Source: Eledone cirrhosa (lineage: Eukaryota). From it: DNA of 64,000 nucleotides. The notes under the pieces were generated by a model. It was not told where the DNA came from, made no database searches, and worked only from the letters and a program-made list of their open reading frames with translations. Location of the stretch: assembly GCA_964016885.1 (NCBI GenBank), contig OZ024741.1, positions 35,650,001 to 35,714,000 on the forward strand. Direction: 5' to 3'. The position numbers were made by a program, and so were the translations under genes. Every line of letters starts with the position of its first letter. Position 1 is the first letter of the stretch. Shown one piece after another: positions 49,951 through 64,000 of this stretch.

Positions 49951-52900
49951 TATACAGTACAGTCTATATACTATACATACAGTGACATTATACAGTACAG
50001 TCTATATACTATATATACAGTGACATTATACAGTACAGTCTATATACTTTATATACAGTGACATTATACAGTACAGTCTATATACTATACATACAGTGAC
50101 ATTATACAGTACAGTCTATATACTATACATACAGTGACATTATACAATACAGTCTATATACTATACATAGTGACATTATACAGTACAGTCTATATACTAT
50201 ACATAGTGACATTATACAGTACAGTCTATATACTATACATACAGTGACATTATACAGTACAGTCTATATACTATACATAGTGACATTATACAGTACAGTC
50301 TATATACTATACATACAGTGACATTATACAATACAGTCTATATACTATACATACAGTGGCATTATACAGTACAGTCTATATACTATATATACAGTGACAT
50401 TATACAATACAGTCTATATACTATACATACAGTGGCATTATACAGTACAGTCTATATACTATATATACAGTGGCATTATACAGTAGTCTATATACTATAC
50501 ATACAGTGACATTATACAGTACAGTCTATATACTATACATACAGTGACATTATACAGTACAGTCTATATACTATATATACAGTGGCATTATACAGTAGTC
50601 TATATACTATACATACAGTGACATTATACAGTACAGTTTATATACTATACATACAGTGACATTATACAGTACAGTCTATATACTATACATAGTGACATTA
50701 TACAGTACAGTCTATATACTATATATACAGTGACATTATACAGTACAGTCTATATACTATATATACAGTGACATTATCCAGTACAGTCTATATACTATAT
50801 ATACAGTGACATTATACAGTACAGTCTATATACTATATATACAGTGACATTATCCAGTAGTCTATATACTATACATAGTGACATTATACAGTACAGTTTA
50901 TATACTATAGATACAGTGACATTATACAGTACAGTCTATATACTATACATACAGTGACATTATACAGTACAGTCTATATACTATACATACAGTGACATTA
51001 TACAGTACAGTCTATATACTATACATACAGTGACATTATACAGTACAGTCTATATACTATATATACAGTGACATTATACAGTACAGTCTATATGCTATAC
51101 ATACAGTGACATTATACAGTACAGTCTATATACTATACATACAGTGACATTATACAGTACAGTCTATATACTATACATAGTGACATTATACAGTACAGTC
51201 TATATACTATACATACAGTGACATTATACAGTACAGTCTATATACTATATATACAGTGACATTATACAGTACAGTCTATATTCTATACATAGTGACATTA
51301 TACAGTACAGTCTCTATACTATACATACAGTAACATTATCCAGTACAGTCTATATACTATATATACAGTGACATTATACAGTACAGTCAATATACTATAT
51401 ATACAGTGACATTATACAGTACAGTCTATATACTATAGAGTGACAATATACAGTACAGTCTATATACTATACATACAGTGACATTATACAGTACAGTCTA
51501 TATACTATATATACAGTGACATTATCCAGTACAGTCTATATAATCTACATACAGTGACATTATACAGTACAGTCTATATACTATAGATACAGTGACATTA
51601 TACAGTACAGTCTATATACTATACATACAGTGACTTTATACAGTAGTCTATATACTATATATACAGTGGCATTATACAGTACAGTCTATATACTATACAT
51701 AGTGATATTATACAGTACAGTCTATATACTATACATACAGTGACATTATACAGTACAGTCTATATACTATACATAGTGATATTATACAGTACAGTCTATA
51801 TACTATACATACAGTGACATTATACAGTACAGTCTATATACTATATATACAGTGACATTATACAGTACAGTCTATATACTATATATACAGTGACATTATA
51901 CAGTACAGTCTATATACTATACATACAGTGACATTATACAGTACAGTCTATATACTATACATACAATGACTTTATACAGTACAGTCTATATACTATACAT
52001 ACAGTGACATTATACAGTACAGTCTATATACTATAATAGTGACATTATACAGTACAGTCTATATACTATACATACAGTGACATTATACAGTACAGTCTAT
52101 ATACTATAGATACAGTGACATTATACAGTACAGTCTATATACTATAGATACAATGACATTATACAGTACAGTCTATATACTATATATACAGTGACATTAT
52201 ACAGTACAGTCTATATACTATATATACAGTGACATTATACAGTACAGTCTATATACTATACATACAGTAGCATTATACAGTAGTCTAATATACTATACAT
52301 ACAGTGACATTATACAGTACAGTCTATATACTATACATACAGTGACATTATACAGTACAGTCTATATACTATACATACAGTGACATTATACAGTACAGTC
52401 TATATACTATACATACAGTGGCATTATATAGTACAGTCTATATACTATACATAGTGACATTATACAGTACAGTCTATATACTATACATACAGTGACATTA
52501 TACAGTACAGTCTATATACTATACATACAGTGGCATTATATAGTACAGTCTATATACTATAGATACAGTGACATTATACAGTACAGTCTATATACTATAC
52601 ATACAGTGACATTATACAGTACAGTCTATATACTATACATACAGTGACATTATACAGTACAGTCTATATACTATACATACAGTGACATTATACAGTACAG
52701 TCTATATACTATACATACAGTGACATTATACAGTTCAGTCTATATACTATACATACAGTGACATTATACAGTAGTCTATATACTATACATACAGTGACAT
52801 TATACAGTACAGTCTATATACTATACATACAGTGACATTATACAGTACAGTCTATATACTATACATACAGTGACATTATACAGTACAGTCTATATACTTT

Positions 52901-55900
52901 ACATACAGTGACATTATACAGTACAGTCTATATACTATACATACAGTGACATTATACAGTACAGTCTATATACTATACATACAGTGACATTATACAGTAC
53001 AGTCTATATACTATACATACTGACATTATACAGTACAGTCTATATACTATATATACAGTGACATTATACAGTACAGTCTATATACTATACATACAGTGAC
53101 ATTATACAGTACAGTCTATATACTATACATACAGTGACATTATACAGTACAGTCTATATACTATACATACAGTGGCATTATACAGTACAGTCTATATACT
53201 ATACATAGTGACATTATACAGTACAGTCTATATACTATACATACAGTGACATTATACAGTACAGTCTATATACTATACATAGTGACATTATACAGTACAG
53301 TCTATATACTATACATACAGTGACATTATACAGTACAGTCTATATACTATACATACAGTGACGTTATACAGTACAGTCTATATTCTATACATAGTGACAT
53401 TATACAGTACAGTCTATATACTATATATACAGTGACATTATACAGTACAGTCTATATACTATACATACAGTGACATTATACAGTACAGTCTATATACTAT
53501 AGATACAGTGACATTATACAGTACAGTCTATATACTATACATACAGTGACATTATACAGTACAGTCTATATACTATATATACAGTGACATTATCCAGTAC
53601 AGTCTATATACTATACATACTGTGACATTATACAGTACAGTCTATATACTATAGATACAGTGACATTATACAGTACAGTCTATATACTATACATACAGTG
53701 ACATTATACAGTACAGTCTATATACTATACGTACAGTGACATTATACAGTACAGTCTATATACTATACATAGTGACATTATACAGTACAGTCTATATACT
53801 ATACATACAGTGACATTATACAATACAGTCTATATACTATACATACAGTGGCATTATACAGTACAGTCTATATACTTTACATAGTGACATTATACAGTAC
53901 AGTCTATATACTATATATACAGTGACATTATACAGTACAGTCTATATACTATACATACAATGACATTATACAGTACAGTCTATATACTATATATACAGTG
54001 ACATTATACAGTACAGTCTATATACTATAGATACAGTGACATTATACAATACAGTCTATATACTATACATACTGTGGCATTATACAGTACAGTCTATATA
54101 CTATACATACAGTGACATTATACAGTACAGTCTATATACTATACATACAGTGACATTATACAATACAGTCTATATACTATACATACAGTCGCATTATACA
54201 GTACAGTCTATATACTATATATACAGTGACATTATACAGTACAGTCTATATACTATACATACAGTGACATTATACAGTACAGTCTATATACTATATATAC
54301 AGTGACATTATACAGTACAGTCTATATACTTTATATACAGTGACATTATACAGTACAGTCTATATACTATACATACAGTGACATTATACAGTACAGTCTA
54401 TATACTATACATACAGTGACATTATACAATACAGTCTATATACTATACATAGTGACATTATACAGTACAGTCTATATACTATACATAGTGACATTATACA
54501 GTACAGTCTATATACTATACATACAGTGACATTATACAGTACAGTCTATATACTATACATAGTGACATTATACAGTACAGTCTATATACTATACATACAG
54601 TGACATTATACAATACAGTCTATATACTATACATACAGTGGCATTATACAGTACAGTCTATATACTATATATACAGTGACATTATACAATACAGTCTATA
54701 TACTATACATACAGTGGCATTATACAGTACAGTCTATATACTATATATACAGTGGCATTATACAGTAGTCTATATACTATACATACAGTGACATTATACA
54801 GTACAGTCTATATACTATACATACAGTGACATTATACAGTACAGTCTATATACTATATATACAGTGGCATTATACAGTAGTCTATATACTATACATACAG
54901 TGACATTATACAGTACAGTTTATATACTATACATACAGTGACATTATACAGTACAGTCTATATACTATACATAGTGACATTATACAGTACAGTCTATATA
55001 CTATATATACAGTGACATTATACAGTACAGTCTATATACTATATATACAGTGACATTATCCAGTACAGTCTATATACTATATATACAGTGACATTATACA
55101 GTACAGTCTATATACTATATATACAGTGACATTATCCAGTAGTCTATATACTATACATAGTGACATTATACAGTACAGTTTATATACTATAGATACAGTG
55201 ACATTATACAGTACAGTCTATATACTATACATACAGTGACATTATACAGTACAGTCTATATACTATACATACAGTGACATTATACAGTACAGTCTATATA
55301 CTATACATACAGTGACATTATACAGTACAGTCTATATACTATATATACAGTGACATTATACAGTACAGTCTATATGCTATACATACAGTGACATTATACA
55401 GTACAGTCTATATACTATACATACAGTGACATTATACAGTACAGTCTATATACTATACATAGTGACATTATACAGTACAGTCTATATACTATACATACAG
55501 TGACATTATACAGTACAGTCTATATACTATATATACAGTGACATTATACAGTACAGTCTATATTCTATACATAGTGACATTATACAGTACAGTCTCTATA
55601 CTATACATACAGTAACATTATCCAGTACAGTCTATATACTATATATACAGTGACATTATACAGTACAGTCAATATACTATATATACAGTGACATTATACA
55701 GTACAGTCTATATACTATAGAGTGACAATATACAGTACAGTCTATATACTATACATACAGTGACATTATACAGTACAGTCTATATACTATATATACAGTG
55801 ACATTATCCAGTACAGTCTATATAATCTACATACAGTGACATTATACAGTACAGTCTATATACTATAGATACAGTGACATTATACAGTACAGTCTATATA

Positions 55901-58900
55901 CTATACATACAGTGACTTTATACAGTAGTCTATATACTATATATACAGTGGCATTATACAGTACAGTCTATATACTATACATAGTGATATTATACAGTAC
56001 AGTCTATATACTATACATACAGTGACATTATACAGTACAGTCTATATACTATACATAGTGATATTATACAGTACAGTCTATATACTATACATACAGTGAC
56101 ATTATACAGTACAGTCTATATACTATATATACAGTGACATTATACAGTACAGTCTATATACTATATATACAGTGACATTATACAGTACAGTCTATATACT
56201 ATACATACAGTGACATTATACAGTACAGTCTATATACTATACATACAATGACTTTATACAGTACAGTCTATATACTATACATACAGTGACATTATACAGT
56301 ACAGTCTATATACTATACATAGTGACATTATACAGTACAGTCTATATACTATACATACAGTGACATTATACAGTACAGTCTATATACTATAGATACAGTG
56401 ACATTATACAGTACAGTCTATATACTATAGATACAGTGACATTATACAGTACAGTCTATATACTATATATACAGTGACATTATACAGTACAGTCTATATA
56501 CTATATATACAGTGACATTATACAGTACAGTCTATATACTATACATACAGTAGCATTATACAGTAGTCTATATACTATACATACAGTGACATTATACAGT
56601 ACAGTCTATATACTATACATACAGTGACATTATACAGTACAGTCTATATACTATACATACAGTGACATTATACAGTACAGTCTATATACTATACATACAG
56701 TGGCATTATATAGTACAGTCTATATACTATACATAGTGACATTATACAGTACAGTCTATATACTATACATACAGTGACATTATACAGTACAGTCTATATA
56801 CTATACATACAGTGGCATTATATAGTACAGTCTATATACTATAGATACAGTGACATTATACAGTACAGTCTATATACTATACATACAGTGACATTATACA
56901 GTACAGTCTATATACTATACATACAGTGACATTATACAGTACAGTCTATATACTATACATACAGTGACATTATACAGTACAGTCTATATACTATACATAC
57001 AGTGACATTATACAGTTCAGTCTATATACTATACATACAGTGACATTATACAGTAGTCTATATACTATACATACAGTGACATTATACAGTACAGTCTATA
57101 TACTATACATACAGTGACATTATACAGTACAGTCTATATACTATACATACAGTGACATTATACAGTACAGTCTATATACTTTACATACAGTGACATTATA
57201 CAGTACAGTCTATATACTATACATACAGTGACATTATACAGTACAGTCTATATACTATACATACAGTGACATTATACAGTACAGTCTATATACTATACAT
57301 ACTGACATTATACAGTACAGTCTATATACTATATATACAGTGACATTATACAGTACAGTCTATATACTATACATACAGTGACATTATACAGTACAGTCTA
57401 TATACTATACATACAGTGACATTATCCAGTACAGTCTATATAATCTACATACAGTGACATTATACAGTACAGTCTATATACTATAGATACAGTGACATTA
57501 TACAGTACAGTCTATATACTATACATACAGTGACTTTATACAGTAGTCTATATACTATATATACAGTGGCATTATACAGTACAGTCTATATACTATACAT
57601 AGTGATATTATACAGTACAGTCTATATACTATACATACAGTGACATTATACAGTACAGTCTATATACTATACATAGTGATATTATACAGTACAGTCTATA
57701 TACTATACATACAGTGACATTATACAGTACAGTCTATATACTATATATACAGTGACATTATACAGTACAGTCTATATACTATATATACAGTGACATTATA
57801 CAGTACAGTCTATATACTATACATACAGTGACATTATACAGTACAGTCTATATACTATACATACAATGACTTTATACAGTACAGTCTATATACTATACAT
57901 ACAGTGACATTATACAGTACAGTCTATATACTATACATAGTGACATTATACAGTACAGTCTATATACTATACATACAGTGACATTATACAGTACAGTCTA
58001 TATACTATAGATACAGTGACATTATACAGTACAGTCTATATACTATAGATACAGTGACATTATACAGTACAGTCTATATACTATATATACAGTGACATTA
58101 TACAGTACAGTCTATATACTATATATACAGTGACATTATACAGTACAGTCTATATACTATACATACAGTAGCATTATACAGTAGTCTATATACTATACAT
58201 ACAGTGACATTATACAGTACAGTCTATATACTATACATACAGTGACATTATACAGTACAGTCTATATACTATACATACAGTGACATTATACAGTACAGTC
58301 TATATACTATACATACAGTGGCATTATATAGTACAGTCTATATACTATACATAGTGACATTATACAGTACAGTCTATATACTATACATACAGTGACATTA
58401 TACAGTACAGTCTATATACTATACATACAGTGGCATTATATAGTACAGTCTATATACTATAGATACAGTGACATTATACAGTACAGTCTATATACTATAC
58501 ATACAGTGACATTATACAGTACAGTCTATATACTATACATACAGTGACATTATACAGTACAGTCTATATACTATACATACAGTGACATTATACAGTACAG
58601 TCTATATACTATACATACAGTGACATTATACAGTTCAGTCTATATACTATACATACAGTGACATTATACAGTAGTCTATATACTATACATACAGTGACAT
58701 TATACAGTACAGTCTATATACTATACATACAGTGACATTATACAGTACAGTCTATATACTATACATACAGTGACATTATACAGTACAGTCTATATACTTT
58801 ACATACAGTGACATTATACAGTACAGTCTATATACTATACATACAGTGACATTATACAGTACAGTCTATATACTATACATACAGTGACATTATACAGTAC

Positions 58901-61900
58901 AGTCTATATACTATACATACTGACATTATACAGTACAGTCTATATACTATATATACAGTGAGATTATACAGTACAGTCTATATACTATACATACAGTGAC
59001 ATTATACAGTACAGTCTATATACTATACATACAGTGACATTATACAGTACAGTCTATATACTATACATACAGTGGCATTATACAGTACAGTCTATATACT
59101 ATACATAGTGACATTATACAGTACAGTCTATATACTATACATACAGTGACATTATACAGTACAGTCTATATACTATACATAGTGACATTATACAGTACAG
59201 TCTATATACTATACATACAGTGACATTATACAGTACAGTCTATATACTATACATACAGTGACGTTATACAGTACAGTCTATATTCTATACATAGTGACAT
59301 TATACAGTACAGTCTATATACTATATATACAGTGACATTATACAGTACAGTCTATATACTATACATACAGTGACATTATACAGTACAGTCTATATACTAT
59401 AGATACAGTGACATTATACAGTACAGTCTATATACTATACATACAGTGACATTATACAGTACAGTCTATATACTATATATACAGTGACATTATCCAGTAC
59501 AGTCTATATACTATACATACTGTGACATTATACAGTACAGTCTATATACTATAGATACAGTGACATTATACAGTACAGTCTATATACTATACATACAGTG
59601 ACATTATACAGTACAGTCTATATACTATACGTACAGTGACATTATACAGTACAGTCTATATACTATACATAGTGACATTATACAGTACAGTCTATATACT
59701 ATACATACAGTGACATTATACAATACAGTCTATATACTATACATACAGTGGCATTATACAGTACAGTCTATATACTTTACATAGTGACATTATACAGTAC
59801 AGTCTATATACTATATATACAGTGACATTATACAGTACAGTCTATATACTATACATACAATGACATTATACAGTACAGTCTATATACTATATATACAGTG
59901 ACATTATACAGTACAGTCTATATACTATAGATACAGTGACATTATACAATACAGTCTATATACTATACATACTGTGGCATTATACAGTACAGTCTATATA
60001 CTATACATACAGTGACATTATACAGTACAGTCTATATACTATACATACAGTGACATTATACAATACAGTCTATATACTATACATACAGTCGCATTATACA
60101 GTACAGTCTATATACTATATATACAGTGACATTATACAGTACAGTCTATATACTATACATACAGTGACATTATACAGTACAGTCTATATACTATATATAC
60201 AGTGACATTATACAGTACAGTCTATATACTTTATATACAGTGACATTATACAGTACAGTCTATATACTATACATACAGTGACATTATACAGTACAGTCTA
60301 TATACTATACATACAGTGACATTATACAATACAGTCTATATACTATACATAGTGACATTATACAGTACAGTCTATATACTATACATAGTGACATTATACA
60401 GTACAGTCTATATACTATACATACAGTGACATTATACAGTACAGTCTATATACTATACATAGTGACATTATACAGTACAGTCTATATACTATACATACAG
60501 TGACATTATACAATACAGTCTATATACTATACATACAGTGGCATTATACAGTACAGTCTATATACTATATATACAGTGACATTATACAATACAGTCTATA
60601 TACTATACATACAGTGGCATTATACAGTACAGTCTATATACTATATATACAGTGGCATTATACAGTAGTCTATATACTATACATACAGTGACATTATACA
60701 GTACAGTCTATATACTATACATACAGTGACATTATACAGTACAGTCTATATACTATATATACAGTGGCATTATACAGTAGTCTATATACTATACATACAG
60801 TGACATTATACAGTACAGTTTATATACTATACATACAGTGACATTATACAGTACAGTCTATATACTATACATAGTGACATTATACAGTACAGTCTATATA
60901 CTATATATACAGTGACATTATACAGTACAGTCTATATACTATATATACAGTGACATTATCCAGTACAGTCTATATACTATATATACAGTGACATTATACA
61001 GTACAGTCTATATACTATATATACAGTGACATTATCCAGTAGTCTATATACTATACATAGTGACATTATACAGTACAGTTTATATACTATAGATACAGTG
61101 ACATTATACAGTACAGTCTATATACTATACATACAGTGACATTATACAGTACAGTCTATATACTATACATACAGTGACATTATACAGTACAGTCTATATA
61201 CTATACATACAGTGACATTATACAGTACAGTCTATATACTATATATACAGTGACATTATACAGTACAGTCTATATGCTATACATACAGTGACATTATACA
61301 GTACAGTCTATATACTATACATACAGTGACATTATACAGTACAGTCTATATACTATACATAGTGACATTATACAGTACAGTCTATATACTATACATACAG
61401 TGACATTATACAGTACAGTCTATATACTATATATACAGTGACATTATACAGTACAGTCTATATTCTATACATAGTGACATTATACAGTACAGTCTCTATA
61501 CTATACATACAGTAACATTATCCAGTACAGTCTATATACTATATATACAGTGACATTATACAGTACAGTCAATATACTATATATACAGTGACATTATACA
61601 GTACAGTCTATATACTATAGAGTGACAATATACAGTACAGTCTATATACTATACATACAGTGACATTATACAGTACAGTCTATATACTATATATACAGTG
61701 ACATTATCCAGTACAGTCTATATAATCTACATACAGTGACATTATACAGTACAGTCTATATACTATAGATACAGTGACATTATACAGTACAGTCTATATA
61801 CTATACATACAGTGACTTTATACAGTAGTCTATATACTATATATACAGTGGCATTATACAGTACAGTCTATATACTATACATAGTGATATTATACAGTAC

Positions 61901-64000
61901 AGTCTATATACTATACATACAGTGACATTATACAGTACAGTCTATATACTATACATAGTGATATTATACAGTACAGTCTATATACTATACATACAGTGAC
62001 ATTATACAGTACAGTCTATATACTATATATACAGTGACATTATACAGTACAGTCTATATACTATATATACAGTGACATTATACAGTACAGTCTATATACT
62101 ATACATACAGTGACATTATACAGTACAGTCTATATACTATACATACAATGACTTTATACAGTACAGTCTATATACTATACATACAGTGACATTATACAGT
62201 ACAGTCTATATACTATACATAGTGACATTATACAGTACAGTCTATATACTATACATACAGTGACATTATACAGTACAGTCTATATACTATAGATACAGTG
62301 ACATTATACAGTACAGTCTATATACTATAGATACAGTGACATTATACAGTACAGTCTATATACTATATATACAGTGACATTATACAGTACAGTCTATATA
62401 CTATATATACAGTGACATTATACAGTACAGTCTATATACTATACATACAGTAGCATTATACAGTAGTCTATATACTATACATACAGTGACATTATACAGT
62501 ACAGTCTATATACTATACATACAGTGACATTATACAGTACAGTCTATATACTATACATACAGTGACATTATACAGTACAGTCTATATACTATACATACAG
62601 TGGCATTATATAGTACAGTCTATATACTATACATAGTGACATTATACAGTACAGTCTATATACTATACATACAGTGACATTATACAGTACAGTCTATATA
62701 CTATACATACAGTGGCATTATATAGTACAGTCTATATACTATAGATACAGTGACATTATACAGTACAGTCTATATACTATACATACAGTGACATTATACA
62801 GTACAGTCTATATACTATACATACAGTGACATTATACAGTACAGTCTATATACTATACATACAGTGACATTATACAGTACAGTCTATATACTATACATAC
62901 AGTGACATTATACAGTTCAGTCTATATACTATACATACAGTGACATTATACAGTAGTCTATATACTATACATACAGTGACATTATACAGTACAGTCTATA
63001 TACTATACATACAGTGACATTATACAGTACAGTCTATATACTATACATACAGTGACATTATACAGTACAGTCTATATACTTTACATACAGTGACATTATA
63101 CAGTACAGTCTATATACTATACATACAGTGACATTATACAGTACAGTCTATATACTATACATACAGTGACATTATACAGTACAGTCTATATACTATACAT
63201 ACTGACATTATACAGTACAGTCTATATACTATATATACAGTGACATTATACAGTACAGTCTATATACTATACATACAGTGACATTATACAGTACAGTCTA
63301 TATACTATACATACAGTGACATTATACAGTACAGTCTATATACTATACATACAGTGGCATTATACAGTACAGTCTATATACTATACATAGTGACATTATA
63401 CAGTACAGTCTATATACTATACATACAGTGACATTATACAGTACAGTCTATATACTATACATAGTGACATTATACAGTACAGTCTATATACTATACATAC
63501 AGTGACATTATACAGTACAGTCTATATACTATACATACAGTGACGTTATACAGTACAGTCTATATTCTATACATAGTGACATTATACAGTACAGTCTATA
63601 TACTATATATACAGTGACATTATACAGTACAGTCTATATACTATACATACAGTGACATTATACAGTACAGTCTATATACTATAGATACAGTGACATTATA
63701 CAGTACAGTCTATATACTATACATACAGTGACATTATACAGTACAGTCTATATACTATATATACAGTGACATTATCCAGTACAGTCTATATACTATACAT
63801 ACTGTGACATTATACAGTACAGTCTATATACTATAGATACAGTGACATTATACAGTACAGTCTATATACTATACATACAGTGACATTATACAGTACAGTC
63901 TATATACTATACGTACAGTGACATTATACAGTACAGTCTATATACTATACATAGTGACATTATACAGTACAGTCTATATACTATACATACAGTGACATTA
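49750..64000. repeat. Higher-order repeat with 4,282-bp unit, ~3 copies; the middle copy is expanded by a 1,618-bp internal duplication
   Basis: TATAATCTAC at 51539, 55821, 57439 and 61721 (spacings 4282, 1618, 4282). GTAGCATTA at 52267, 56550, 58168 and 62450. Pseudo-ORFs at 49754, 54036 and 59936 (+4282, then +5900 = 4282+1618). Confidence 0.92.

Larger units (their letters stand above)
1..64000. repeat. Tandem satellite array, 38-bp monomer ACAGTGACATTATACAGTACAGTCTATATACTATACAT with frequent 36-bp variants; ~1,700 copies, single orientation
   Basis: GTGACATTATACAGT recurs every 38 bp (or 36 bp when an AC is lost) from base 1 to base 64000. Most monomers differ from consensus by 0-2 changes. 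No non-repeat interruption or inversion seen. Confidence 0.99.

Noticed and set aside
2596-60691. The 62-101 aa ORFs in the track (TLYSTVYILYI / SDIIQYSLYTIH / HYTVQSIYY motifs)
   Set aside because: They are the three + frames of the monomer. Because 38 mod 3 = 2, translation cycles through frames and hits CAG-TGA every third unit unless a variant (TGG, CGA, AGA, TCG or a 36-bp unit) removes it. Starts are mostly the repeat's own GTG, and there is no domain or gene context.
1-64000. CRISPR array (36-38 bp repeat length)
   Set aside because: Monomers abut directly with no unique spacers, leader or cas genes.
1-64000. Telomeric repeat
   Set aside because: No G-rich strand or GGG runs, and kb-scale HORs point to recombinational amplification rather than telomerase addition. 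A subtelomeric location is not excluded.
1-64000. TATA-like promoter elements (CTATATA in every unit; TATAAT at ~42981 and siblings)
   Set aside because: Expected by-products of a TA-rich repeat, with no downstream gene or other promoter elements.
1-64000. Nucleosome-length periodicity (4x38 = 152, 5x38 = 190)
   Set aside because: No regular 4- or 5-monomer variant pattern is visible, so this is a numerical coincidence without MNase data.
1-64000. Pure sequencing artefact or synthetic concatemer
   Set aside because: Rare variants recur in the same order at fixed multi-kb offsets with nested structure, which random error would not produce. Individual block copy numbers could still be misassembled.
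1-64000. Assignment to a species, named satellite family or centromere
   Set aside because: I do not recognise the monomer, and there is no flanking unique sequence or recognisable motif such as a CENP-B box.

Overview
The whole 64 kb window is one uninterrupted head-to-tail satellite array of a 38-bp AT-rich monomer (consensus ACAGTGACATTATACAGTACAGTCTATATACTATACAT, 11/38 G+C). It holds roughly 1,700 copies, all in one orientation, and runs off both ends. I see no unique sequence, real gene, RNA gene, transposon or CRISPR spacer. All listed ORFs are translations of the repeat where variant monomers remove the recurring TGA stop. The information lies in the order of monomer variants. It shows nested higher-order repeats (HORs) that change along the array: a ~2.45 kb block duplicated at a 5,036-bp offset, a 2.5-2.8 kb HOR at ~16-26 kb, a ~4.7 kb HOR at ~32-41.5 kb, a 2,102-bp duplication at ~46-50 kb, and a 4,282-bp HOR at ~50-64 kb containing a 1,618-bp internal duplication. 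One ~10-monomer cassette recurs through most of these. One recombination junction can be placed within ~9 bp, and one deletion has flanking microhomology. This fits eukaryotic satellite DNA (inference); organism and chromosomal role cannot be determined from the sequence. I found no support for a novel coding system. Offsets were read by eye from marker variants and block boundaries are approximate.
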